Positions 39,425-51,319 of a stretch of 64,000 nt of DNA are shown here, in pieces. The DNA comes from Haliotis cracherodii (taxonomy: Eukaryota). The position numbers and the translations under genes were made by a program. Below the pieces are notes generated by a model that saw nothing but the letters and a program-made list of their open reading frames with translations, made no database searches and was not told where the DNA came from. Numbering within the stretch: the stretch's first letter is position 1; each line of letters begins with the position of its first letter. Location of the stretch: positions 22,320,001 through 22,384,000 of the forward strand of contig NW_027266308.1 of NCBI RefSeq assembly GCF_022045235.1, in the 5' to 3' direction.

Positions 39425-42400
39425 TCATTCGTTGTTTGTGGTGTCTGTACACGTTTGTGGGGACGATGCTGGCTCCTCCTTGTTCACAGTCACGTCGTTA
39501 TTGGTTGGAGGAATCGTTACCTCGTAGACGAGGTACCCGCTGTTACGAGAGATGCAGAGGAAGACGCTGCAATATACAACATATGATAGTATTGCTTTAC
39601 GTTACGTTCTGACAGGTTTAGAAGACATTTTCCACAAACGTGGATATGTCAGCAGATATGTCGGTGAGCATTGTTCCAGCCACTCTATTTACATACACAG
39701 TTCCTATACAGAGAGTCGTGGCGAATAACCATTCAATCAATCTGAAACCATAACTAAAGATAAAGGGAAGACTGCGAGTGTTCAGACCAATGAAAACTGA
39801 GCATGCAGATATCGTATGACAAAGCCAAGTCACATATTTCAGCACATGCTTCGTATTACTCAAGCCAAGTCACATATTTCAGCACATGCTTCGTATTACT
39901 CAAGCCAAGTCACATATTTCAGCACATGCTTCGTATACCACCAGCCCAGACACATTATTCAGTACAGGCTCCGTATTACTCAAGCCAACCTACATATTTC
40001 GATACAGACTCCGTATTACACAAGCCAAGCAATATATTTCAGCAAAGATGTCGCATCGCAAAGCCAAGTCACACATTCTATACAGATGTTGTAATACAAA
40101 GCAATACCACGAAGTGCATCACAAACTTCAGATGATACAGTTCAAGATAACACGTACATCTCGTACACAATGTACTTTAACGCGTATAAACGTCAGAAAC
40201 AGGTCATGCTGCAATTGAAGGACAATACGAGGTCAGCTATAAGGTCATACAGACACTGAGTCAGAAATGAACATTTAAATTCCAGCCAGCAACATTTCAG
40301 CAATATAGTTACTAAAGCAATGCATTTTATGAAAACCTGTCAACAACAGATAATAAACATATGTATTTAGTTTCATATCCTTAAGTATCATTTAGAAGCT
40401 ACATGCAGTGCCAATGAAGACAGACTTGACTTATGGATTAATCTGATTTATTCGTATATGTATTTGTTGCACACAAACAAATCGGTTTTTTGTTTAAGAA
40501 AACAACAACGAGTGGGAGTTGTTTATCTTACACATAAAACGCTGCAGGGAGAATAAACCATGAGATACGCAGCCCTGAGTGGTTTATTCTCTCTGCAGTG
40601 TTTTATTTACGACAAACACTGACCACGAATCGTTTATTTCTTATATGGATATCAACGTTACTTAAAAGCCTCTTTAAGGATGCTGACATACTGCATAATA
40701 TACAAACTTTAAACATATTAACCCAAAATTTAATAAAGGTGACTCCCTGAATAGAACCCAACCTCGCATATGTCGGACAAGTCCATTTAACGAACAGGTG
40801 GGTTAAGTTTGGTATATCCCGCATATTCCCACAATCATCAAAGTCGATTACCTGTACCTTTTCTCCTAATACAAACTGCTATATCTCTCCCACTTTTTGA
40901 TATAATCGTTCGGCCACTGCGTTTATCTGCGTTGCACGGTTACGTCTATTGGAAATAACTTACTACTGTAGACATTTCCCACCAAAATATAACGTCGTCC
41001 AATATATGACGTCATCAAGTTGCGATATGTTACATTTTCGAATCTCCAGAAATGACGTCGTGATAGAACAGTGTTCTGTCGTGAAATAGACCACGCTCCG
41101 TTCTTCATTGTTCTCATAGCTATCTTATATTTATTATAAGTGCATGTGATCGGTGAATATAGCATACTTTCCATATGAAAACTCAGCAAACAATAGGATT
41201 CAGTTTATAGTGAGTGAGTGAGTGAGTTTGATTTACGCCGCTTTTAGCAATAATCCAGCAATATCACGGCGGGGGATACCAGAAATGGGATTCACACATT
41301 GTGCCTGGGAATCGGGAATCGAACCCGGGTCTTCGGCGTGACGAGCGAACGCTTTAACCACGAGGCTACCCGACCGCCCCGATTCAGTTTCTAAAGATCA
41401 ACACACAAAACATTGGGATACTCACACAATGAAGCAGGAGGTAAGCACACCAAACCCAGCCATCATTATGAAGACGGCCCCCCTGAATACCCCTACAGTG
41501 TTCTGATACACGGTATTGTAGAGAGTGTTGGACATCGTGTTGCAGATGGTTTCCATGGCAGCAATACTGGAGAATAAGGCACCTTCAAAGAAAGAGAATC
41601 GGAAATATGAAGGAAAGCGTAATATGGTGCCACTTTGGAAGCAGGAAAAAGAGTTATCGTAATTTCGATTATTTTCTTGTTATTTCAAGTTCATTTAAAA
41701 ACCTTAAGTTACAAATTGGAGTATCAAATTAAAATAGTATTTTCTCGTTACTTCGATTATTTTCTCAATATTGCAAAGTTTATGTTCAAAAATCAAAATC
41801 GAAATTACGAAAAAATAATCGAAGTAACGAGAAAAAAACTTGAAATTGTGGAGAATATAATCGACATGCGAGAAAAATAAAAAAGTCTAGTATTTTTAAA
41901 TAAACTTGAAATAACGAGTAAATCGGAATTACGAAAAAACTCGAAATTTCGGGAAAAGAAATTAATGTAAGTAGACATTCCGATGTAAAAGAATTATGCC
42001 AACAAATTTGCACCATTAAACTTTCGTAAGAACGAACATTTTATATTTATGTTTAAATTGCGTTAGAAATAGTTACATTGATCGGAATGAATACGTAAAT
42101 CGCATCATTGTGGTGGGTAAATAATCAACCATATCTGCAAACTTGTGAACGTGCTTACCTTGTTCTAGTGGCGAGGTCATTTTGGACATGGTTGCCCTGG
42201 CAACAGGAACAACATTGAATGCTATGAAACCGATTACTGGCACTGAAACAAAGAACTGATTTATATTATCTGGAACCAGGCTAAGAAATAGTTATAGTTG
42301 TTATCACATCAAATCTAGGTGCATGTGACAACTCAAGCTATCCCTTGTTTCTTGGTGAATTATCTTCACTGAGTACTACTGGCTCCAAAAGTCACACGGA

Positions 42401-44043
42401 GCTATGTATTGGTTCACTTGCTCCTTATCGGCTTCAAATAACGACATTGACTCCACAAGCTACACCGATTATATATTAACTCCACAAGCTACTTACTCGA
42501 AAATATCATATTATTATGGTTCCACAAGTTGCCTTATAGACCCGAAGAGTAATATATTGTCTCCACCATAGGCTCACAAGACAGGAAATTGTCCCCACTG
42601 GATCCACGAGTTGCCTACTGGCCCCACAGAACTATATATTGGCTCCACGGCTGGCTATTGGCCCCACAAAGTGACTTGGGGTGTATAATCTGCCTATTGG
42701 ATCAATCCACGTGGTGTTCATTCGCTCCACAGGCTTATATTATTGGTCCACAAGCTTACAGCAGCTCCACCAGCTGCTTTAACATTAATCGGACCTTAAA
42801 CTGTCACAAAGTAATTAAAATTGTTTTACTCCATGTATGTTATACCACTATTACAGTTTAACGGGAATTTACGCTCAGTATAGGATACTCAGATATAGGA
42901 GGTAGATCAGAAACCCATTGAAAACTTACCTGAATACAGCATCCAATCGTTGACGGCCAGTCCTTCCATCACGAAGGATGCTGCGCCGAAAGCCAGTCCT
43001 ATTAATGCAATTGTCATGTCTCGGAAGCAAGGCTGCAGAAGCTTCAATCCAACTACACTGCATGCGACAGTGAAGGACAGTCTGATAGCACCATAGAAAC
43101 CGATTTTCAGAGGGCTCCAACAAAATGGTTTGTCTAATTGATAGAGAGTTTCTACTGAAGTCCGACCTAGGTTGACAATTACTCCAAAATAGAATATAAG
43201 CATTGCTAGAATATACATGGCTCGCTGTTTACCTGAGCCTCGTGTGAAGAAGAATCCAAAAACCTTCTTGATGTGTGGCAGTGGAGACCACCGTTTCTCC
43301 ATCTTATTGGTCATAGTTTCAGGCAGGAGTGTTATTATAACGATCAGTGCCAGACCAAAGATGGCAGCGATCATTATCGCAGCGTACAGGTAGTTGACAT
43401 CCTCAATAATAAATCCCACTGCCACTTGTCCAACTGCTCCGGCAACAGCTAAGATACCCTCCATGAGAGCTATCATGACAGTACGCTTTTTCCCTGGCGT
43501 TGTGACATCGGCAGTGTAAGAGAACACGGCTAACAGGAAGGCTGTAAACCCTCCAGTAAAACCTTCCAAAATGTATGCCAGGTAGAGCCAATTAAGGGAC
43601 ATGTGGAAGCTTATAATAAAACACAGAAGCGTTACTTTCAGGGCAGCTCCTAAAGTAGGTACAAAGAAAAGGAACCTTCTTCCGAGGAAATCCGAGTAAG
43701 ATCCAAGGACTAGGTTGACAAGGATGGCGATAATGGAGCCGGGTAGAGTAGTAATAAGCAAGAGTTCTGATGACTCTTGTTGGATTTTGATTCCAAGTTT
43801 ATTGTTGTCGTCACTGTTATTTCGTTTGCAGACGTCCCCGGTGCTGACACTGCCGTTGCTGTTGTTGGAGTAACGCTCGGCAACTCTGTTCCTTACAAAC
43901 TGGCTGAGGAGCGGGACCAGTGAGATGAAGCCAGAGATGTATAACACCATCATCAACCCGCAGAGAAACATAGCCTTCAGGAACGATGTGGGTTTAGTGC
44001 TTGTGGCCCCAAGGAGCGGTTTTTGTTCCTCCTCCGTCGGCAT
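39425..44043 (-). CDS. G5: SLC46-family MFS transporter, older paralog of the G2 group, ~498 aa
   Basis: Exons 44043-42930, 42242-42159 (84 bp), 41582-41426 (157 bp), 39566-39425 (VFLCISRNSG...TTNNE*, TGA); GT-AG, in frame. An acceptor gtttcag ~27 nt upstream of the ATG implies a 5'UTR exon further right. Confidence 0.9.
39821..40090. repeat. 40-bp minisatellite (~7 units, first three near-perfect) in G5 intron 3
   Basis: Unit CAAGCCAAGTCACATATTTCAGCACATGCTTCGTATTACT at 39821, 39861, 39901, then decaying. Confidence 0.9.
40535..41088. mobile_element. Short non-autonomous element with terminal palindrome in G5 intron 3
   Basis: 26-bp arms 40535-40560 / 40580-40605; subterminal TATTTACGACAAACACTG recurs inverted at 41069-41088. 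Confidence 0.6.
41209..41380 (-). mobile_element. SINE family 1
   Basis: Full copy; TSD GATTCAGTTT (41197, 41381). Confidence 0.9.
41607..42028. mobile_element. Foldback MITE in G5 intron 2
   Basis: Nested inverted repeats, e.g. TTTTCTCGTTACTTCGATTATTTT (~41741) / AAAATAATCGAAGTAACGAGAAAA (~41812); degenerate terminal IRs GAAAG..TAAT..GGTGC / GCACCATTAAACTTTC. Confidence 0.6.
42315..42775. repeat. Old degenerate minisatellite in G5 intron 1
   Basis: Recurring ATTGG(C/T)TCCACAAG-like words. Confidence 0.55.
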
Positions 44044-44541
44044 TATTGACAGATTTACACTTTTTCAGTCCTGAAACATAATCATACGAATGTGAGATAA
44101 CGCTGCACCTCAGACCATATGACCGCTGCCTGTCAGAAAGTCGACTTCACAGTTGAAAAGGTCATAAAATGTACCACTCTGCCTTGTGTGTAGGTGGGCG
44201 TGTTAAGCGTGTCTCGTGACAATGAGACTGGTTGACAGTGTGATCAGTATATATCGCTACATAGCCTCGCACCATATGCTCGCTTCAGATGGTCACCGAT
44301 TACCACGTGCACGGTCTATAATTATATATCGAACTTAAATGAAACTGACATATCAATAATGTTGCTTTTGAATGTCAATATTTGAATACGTTTTTAGAAT
44401 GAGATATGGCTTTGTCAATTCTATGAAGGTAACTTAAATTTAACATTTGCATTTTATGGTAACATACATTTTAGGTTTGGGTGATTGATTTGTGAACGGT
44501 ATCGACTGGGAAGGGGGAAGGTGCTGTGCAAATGTGCGTGC

Positions 44542-44764
44542 CTTGAGCACACCAGAAACCTATGATTGGGGTTTCGAATCCCGGTTCGCCCCGATTATGT
44601 TTCTAGGTTTGTCAGCACCATACCCATGCCCGTTGGTTTCACCAAAGTGGTAAACGTCTGAGACCTGCATCACTTCGGGCTTTCCTCCCACATTAAGCTG
44701 ACACGCCGTGATATAACTGGAATAATGTTAAAAGCGGCGTTATACTAAACTCGCTCACTCACTC
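44542..44764 (+). mobile_element. SINE family 2, 5'-truncated
   Basis: B box, body and tail match family 2. Confidence 0.85.
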
Positions 44765-47207
44765 TTTTTACTGGGGTGTTTACGAGCCACATTGTAGGTA
44801 TGAGGATTAAAGGGCTTTGATCCTGTGGCAACCGAGATGTTATAATTTGGATAGTTAGTTATCAGAGCCCAATTGCGTACATTGATGGTCATGGTGTCAA
44901 TCACTGGAGCGTCAGTTCCAGGCTCGATTATTACAAAAAAGGCATATAGCTGGATTATTGCTAAGCGCGGCGTTATCCAACCAACAAACAAAGTCATCTG
45001 AGTAGTAACTGATTATGTACATTATCCCTATCACATTGACCTTTCCTTGAACTTGGGGATCGAGTGAGTGAATTGGAATTAACGTGACCTTTCAGTTATA
45101 TTGCGGTGGAAAGACAAACGTAATCATTTCTTACACGTTAACCTCTCAAAGACATCAATCATTAGGGTCATGTTGACAAGGAGAATTATCTGGGCGGACC
45201 GCGACAAGTGGAACCTGGCTTGGTAACGGTACACACATCGATTAGCGAATTTACACCTACTGTGACTGACCTGTATGTACAGAGGTCACTTCCAGGCAAT
45301 CACACTCTCCATGGCTACTTTTATTTCTACACGATCCTACTTTCGTACCAGAGTTTGTGAGATTAAATATCTATGTGTTACTCCTCCGTGAATAGATCAC
45401 CCGTTTAATAACAAATCTATTTACTGTACAGTGTCTGAAAACATCACGTGCGGACGGGACTATTTTTAGGCATCAGCTGGTCATCCGAATGTTTGTGGGG
45501 ATGGGGGTGAGGCTGGGTCCAGATAGTTATACGAAAGCTATTCAGCTCCTATGGATAATCTATTCCCGATAGACACTACTATTTACACTACATAAAACAG
45601 ATATGCATAGATGCATGTAGCTCACCACACCCCTGTAAGATTGGAATAGTTTTTTTCTGAATTTGTTACGTCCATAAATCGTTGCAGTTGCCTTTGATCA
45701 ATAGCAGGTCAGGCGAACAAATACGCTTAAGAGAGAGAAGGTATGGGGTATCTCTAGTACAAGCACCCTGTCACTATAAAAGTTCAGCGTATTATCAATA
45801 AACAAAACATTATATTGAAGCATAATCACAACATTCATCACCGCGTCTACTTACACGTCTATGGTCGAATCACCAGCCACGAATGTTCATACGCCACCTT
45901 TACGACGTACCTTGCCTTGGGCCGTTTTGTCTCGTTTTGGCGTGATCGCGTCGGCTGCGTCACAATGACTGAGATTGTTGGGGAGTTAATTTGGTACAAC
46001 TGATTATTCGGCTTTGCACTTTTTCGATAGTTTCGTAGTGCACTGACCACTTCATATCATTTTTAATACTACATTTATGTACAGTTTGACAGATTATAAT
46101 AATATGAATATCAAAATTCATCACCACTTGTTAAGTTCACTAAAATGTCATCAGCGGGAAGTTGCCACAGATAAACACAGATTCTAAGCAAGTCTGATCT
46201 CCTTATACTATGGAATGATTGAACTGGTTGAGTGACTTCTTTCCATCAGAATTACACACAGAGAAAAAAAAAGACTAAAAATCCTGAAGATATCCTGTAT
46301 ACATGGTATTAAGTATTCACAACCAATTTCCTCTAATAATAAAATGTTACCTTTGACATCACTAAGCATCAATACTCAATTGTAAAAAACACAAACCTTG
46401 ATGTGAACATTATTATACCTTCTATTATAAGAAATACATCTTTTTGTAGACCTTTTAATTTCAACGGTGATATGCTACTATTATGCGACGTTTAAATGTA
46501 TATAATTTTACCGCTAAAAAGGTGTTGAAATATGTTAATGTGCCAAACGTATTTAAATTTAACTTAACACGCAGCGCTTGTTGCATAAACATTCATATAT
46601 TATCATTATCAATTTTTAGGTTTTACGTCAACTTCTCAGTCCTCTATTTCGTCGACGGGGTAGGTGGGGTTGAATAATAAATAATATGCTTAATAGATAT
46701 AAACCACCATACTTAATTGTATATTGAAAAGTTAAATTAACACATTACATAACATAGTGAAGATTTATAGGTATATATGTTAACTAAAAATTATAAATGA
46801 TGTATGTATGTAAATACGGATATATCAAATATAATACTAGAACATATGGATTGTGTTACAGAGGGAGAAAGTTTTAAATAAAGATAAGATAAAGGTATAA
46901 TAAAATAGTAATGTATAGCTTTGTTAGATATAAAGCATAGCAGGATATAGAAATATAAACAGAATACGCAATTGGGCTCTGATAACTAACTATCTAAATT
47001 ATAACATCTCGGTTGCCACAGGATCAAATCCCTTTAATCCTGTGGCCTACAATGTGGCCCGCGAACACCCCAGCAAAAGAGTGAGTGAGCGAGGTTAGTA
47101 TAACGCCGCTTTTAAGAGTGTTCCAGTTATATCACGGCGTGTCAGCTTAATGTGGGAGGAAAGCCCGAAGTGATGCAGGTCTCAGACGTTTACCACTTTG
47201 GTGAAAC
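44636..47207. repeat. ~245-bp inverted repeat pair (44636-44879 / 46965-47207)
   Basis: SINE-2 tail plus ~115 bp of non-family-2 flank present in both orientations. Confidence 0.85.
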
Positions 47208-48171
47208 AGGCTGTTTTTGAGTATGATTGGCCTGCTAAATAAAGGGAAACTGGAGTGAGGCCTGTAGCTTGAACATTCATATCTTTGGATGTTAAGATGT
47301 TTTATAGCGCTTTTACAAGAACATATTCTCCAGGAAAGGTAATTAAGCATTAAGAAACCTGACAGACACTTTTGGCGTTCAGTCCGTAATTTGTAGATTT
47401 GTTCACAGGGACAGGACGTCAATCTTTCTGAAGCATTCATTTGTTTTCACACAACAGCCGATAATCCCTAAGCTTACTCGGCTCCACACGAGAGAGAGAG
47501 AGAGAGAGAGAAGGCTTCTTTCCCGGGCATACCCCTGCCTTCTGGTTTCAACCGAGCGAAGCATATATTTTGTANNNNNNNNNNNNNNNNNNNNNNNNNN
47601 NNNNNNNNNNNNNNNNNNNNNNNNNNNNNNNNNNNNNNNNNNNNNNNNNNNNNNNNNNNNNNNNNNNNNNNNNNNNNNNNNNNNNNNNNNNNNNNNNNNN
47701 NNNNNNNNNNNNNNNNNNTGAATAGGAAGTGTGTGTGTGTTGATCTGTTGTCCCAATCACTGACCAAGAGTGTCAGTCGGCATGTAACAAATCTTTATAA
47801 CCGGTAAGATTGTGATAACTGTCACACCTGACATTTTTGTCTGAATGACACCTCTGAAAACAAGGGGTGAACCGTTACAGAGTAATTCGGGGTAACGACT
47901 TTCTGCGCTATAGAATCAAAGTACCGTTGTGCTGTATGTATATGGAGTACATATATCTTACGATGACGTTTAATTCCTTAATCAGTACGATGTATGGCAT
48001 AAGTATATACACTTAAAAGTAGACACATGGTTACAATAATAATGACAGAGATAAATAAGCGCAGGTCATGTAAGTATTATTACCTTAGTTAGTTATAATT
48101 TGCCATTCTTTAAACATTTTTCATAAGATGAAAGAAATGGTGGTGCAGAAAAAAGACAAGCAATTAATACT

Positions 48172-48420
48172 ATCCGGGATAGAATAGGTGTTCAGCAACC
48201 CATGCTTGCCGTAAACGGCGACTATGCTTGTCGTAAGTGGCGACTAACAAGATCGGGTGGTCAGGCTCGCTGACTTGGTTGATGCATGTCATCGACCCCA
48301 ATTGCATAGATTGATGCTCATGTTGTCAATCACTGGACTATCTGGTCCAGACTCGATTACTTACAGATCGCCGTCATATATCTGGAATATTGCTGAGTGT
48401 GGCGTTATACAATTAACCAA
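48172..48420 (+). mobile_element. SINE family 3 ((AAAC)n-type tail; CTTGTCGTAAGAGGCGACTAA core)
   Basis: Dispersed homologs at ~62372-62602 (+), ~59250-59376 (-), ~44868-44992 (+), ~38756-38828 (+). Confidence 0.75.
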
Positions 48421-49436
48421 CTCATCTTTTTCCAACATCCTGACTCCTTATTTGACAAATATAACAATCTTTGAACTATTTTTAATATGAAACGTTTTAC
48501 GCAGGGATCTCGTGGTCTATCTAGCCATTAACCGACATTCCGTCAGAGCCCAATAGAATGGCGCACTGAAAGAACACGTTTGTATCTCTTTCCCCATACT
48601 GTCAACATATGTACTGGGTGTACCTGTGAAGAAAGGAGGGGGTCAGTATGCTTCTGAGTGCAGGTAATGCCGACGAGATTACGTGTGGTTGCACACAGTC
48701 TTTTGTAATTGCGGAGCGCAACATCATACGTTATATCTGTATGGGGAATAGAACTCTGTTCTTCAGTGAGACGAGCCAACGCCTTATCCACTTCGCTACA
48801 CCTCCCCCCCCCCCCCCACACACCCCCCCCCCCCCCACACACACACACACACTCACTCATGCGAGTGTGTGGGTAGTGTTCAAAAACTGAAGTTAGCAAT
48901 TACACCAGATATATCATAGACTGAAAATAATCAAGACAGACAAACCTGTTACTGAAGTCATGAGCAACGATCCATGCAGTCGTGTTGTGCTATAGTGCTT
49001 GCCCGATCAACACCTTCATTTGCGTCGTATCCTGACCCGGAATTCACCTATGGTGTGATGCATGTATACGTAAACGGAGTAATCTGTTGTTTCGTCAGCG
49101 GCTGATATTAGATCTGTGTCAGATAACACTGAGGTACGTACATTCATCACATCGTCTTATAACGGTGTACAACTCTCGCCGGCGTCTACAGTCAGCAAAC
49201 AGAATACGTATCCTTATAATCTTCGAGATATACGAGCACATTTATATGTGGGGACCGGAGATAGGTTCGTGATATCGGCACATTCGAGATAACGGAGTTC
49301 GAGATAACGATGTTCTAGTGAACGTACATCTCGTACATCTCAATGGTATATTCATAGTGCTGTTCACCTATTCTGGCACCAGCTAGAAATTCGTATTGAA
49401 AATATGAGGAAACACTCGAGGCAATAATGTTACTTA

Positions 49437-51319
49437 TGTCCAAGGGCGTACGTTTCGGCCCTCGGATGGTAGCTCAGGGTGATGACGGAAGACAAAACTC
49501 AGGGGTGAAGTTTAGACGACAGCAGCCATATTTATTGATGCAGGTTGAAATGAGTCGAAAAGGTACATGTTGATAATAACGTGACAGAACACAATCCCTT
49601 GGTTCATTTCAGTGATTATGTCTAATTACTGAATATTTCAGTAATTAGACATAACCACCGAGTGAATCAGTTATTAGACATAATCACTGATATTTCCAGT
49701 TATTAGACTTAATCACTGATTATACTTGTTTCCTGTAACATATATACGTAAGATCCGGCGACGTTAGGAGGTGTTAAATAAAATTTATAGATAGCTCTGG
49801 AGATTAAGGGTCCTGCCCGGAGGGGCTTATGATAAGAGGGGAACGCCGAATGTTTGCTGAATATATCAAACAGACAAAGGGCATAGAATTTCGGTGCACT
49901 TGGAAACATATTGAACCAGTTAGGTATTTAGATAAATGAAATGTAAAATAAAAGTATTGAAATGGTTTGCACTATTTAAGTAAAAGTATTGAAATGGCTT
50001 GCACTATAACAATACCCCTGAACGTCGTGGAGCTTTTGTCCTCAAAAGCGTTTTAAAAATAATGACAAAATGGAGTACAGGTACAAGAACAGATCAATGC
50101 AAATGACATCGACAGGTTGACAAGTGGTTGCTTCATGCAGTACACTTGACTGAGATGAATGCAATGTGTAGGTCATGAATAGCGTAAGAGCCTAGCCGAT
50201 TTCAAAAACTTAATCTGATAAGGATGTACCTCTGATAACAAATACATAGATTGCTATACATAATCATTATAGAAAAACATGACAAAATTTAAAGACAACG
50301 AAACAACAATGACTTGATTACATAACATACCTTATATGAACAAGAATGTCCGTGAGAATACGTTTTAGCACAGTACACGTTGAGAGTTGGAACGAAAGTT
50401 AAAAAATATTGTCACAATATTGTCTGGATGTCGATGTTGCTGACGTTCGGGTAGGCTGGGCTGCTGTTCGTTGCTGACGATTGGGTAGGCTGGGCTGCTG
50501 TGTGTTGCTGACGATCGGGTTGGCTGGGCTGCTGTCTGTAGCTGACGATCGGATTGGCTGGGGTGCTGTCTGTCATCTTCTTCGTTTTCCCGTCAAGATG
50601 GCGGCTGGCTTGCCGCTGCTTTTGTCTCCCTTCAACTCTGAACTACTACCATTTACTTTGCTGCGAGTTAGGGTAGGGGGATCGTGCGTGAGTCACAGCA
50701 AACTCACGCTACCCGGATTATTCTCCATCATCTGTCCAAGGGCGTACGTTTCGGCCCTCGGATGGTAGCTCAGGGTGATGACGGAAGACAAAACTCAGGG
50801 GTGAAGTTTAGACGACAGCAGCCATATTTATTGTTGATGGTTGAAATGAGTCGAAAAGGTACATGTTGATAATAACGTGACAGAACGCACACCGGGACCG
50901 AGTGGCCAATCTTCCCGGGTGGGAGAACCGTTCTGTCACTTACCTTCTGGCTGTTCTCTAGGCTGTCCCTCTGACTGACCATGTCAGTCGGGTTTTGTAG
51001 AGCGAGGTATTACATAACGTGTGGCAAGGTCATTGTCCCACGTGTATGTATATACGTAGGATCCGGCGACGTTAGGAGGTGTTAATTAAAATTTATAGTT
51101 AGCTCTGGAGATTAAAGGTCCTGCCCGGAGGGGCTTATGATAAGAGGGGAACGCCGAATGTTTGCTGAATATATCAAACAGACAAAGGGCATAGAATTTC
51201 GGCGCATTTGGAAACATATTGAACCAGTTAGGTATTTAGATAAATGAAATGTAAAATAAAAGTATTGAAATGGTTTGCACTATTTAAGTAAAAGTATTGA
51301 AATGGTTTGCACTATAACA
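49437..51319 (-). mobile_element. Non-autonomous LTR retrotransposon (TRIM-like / internally deleted Gypsy)
   Basis: Direct repeats 49437-50011 and 50733-51319, both TGT...ACA; 4-bp TSD CTTA (49433-6, 51320-3). On the minus strand, PBS-like TGATGGAGAAT follows the first LTR and a short purine tract AGGGG precedes the second. The 721-bp interior has no pol. Confidence 0.85.
50439..50575. repeat. ~32-33-bp tandem repeat x4 inside the LTR element
   Basis: GCTGACGATCGGGTAGGCTGGGCTGCTGT variants. Confidence 0.8.

Noticed and set aside
39821-40090. Regular repeats resembling a CRISPR array, and repetitive ORFs 39803-40218
   Set aside because: Head-to-tail 40-bp minisatellite without unique spacers, in a eukaryotic intron; the ORFs are by-products.
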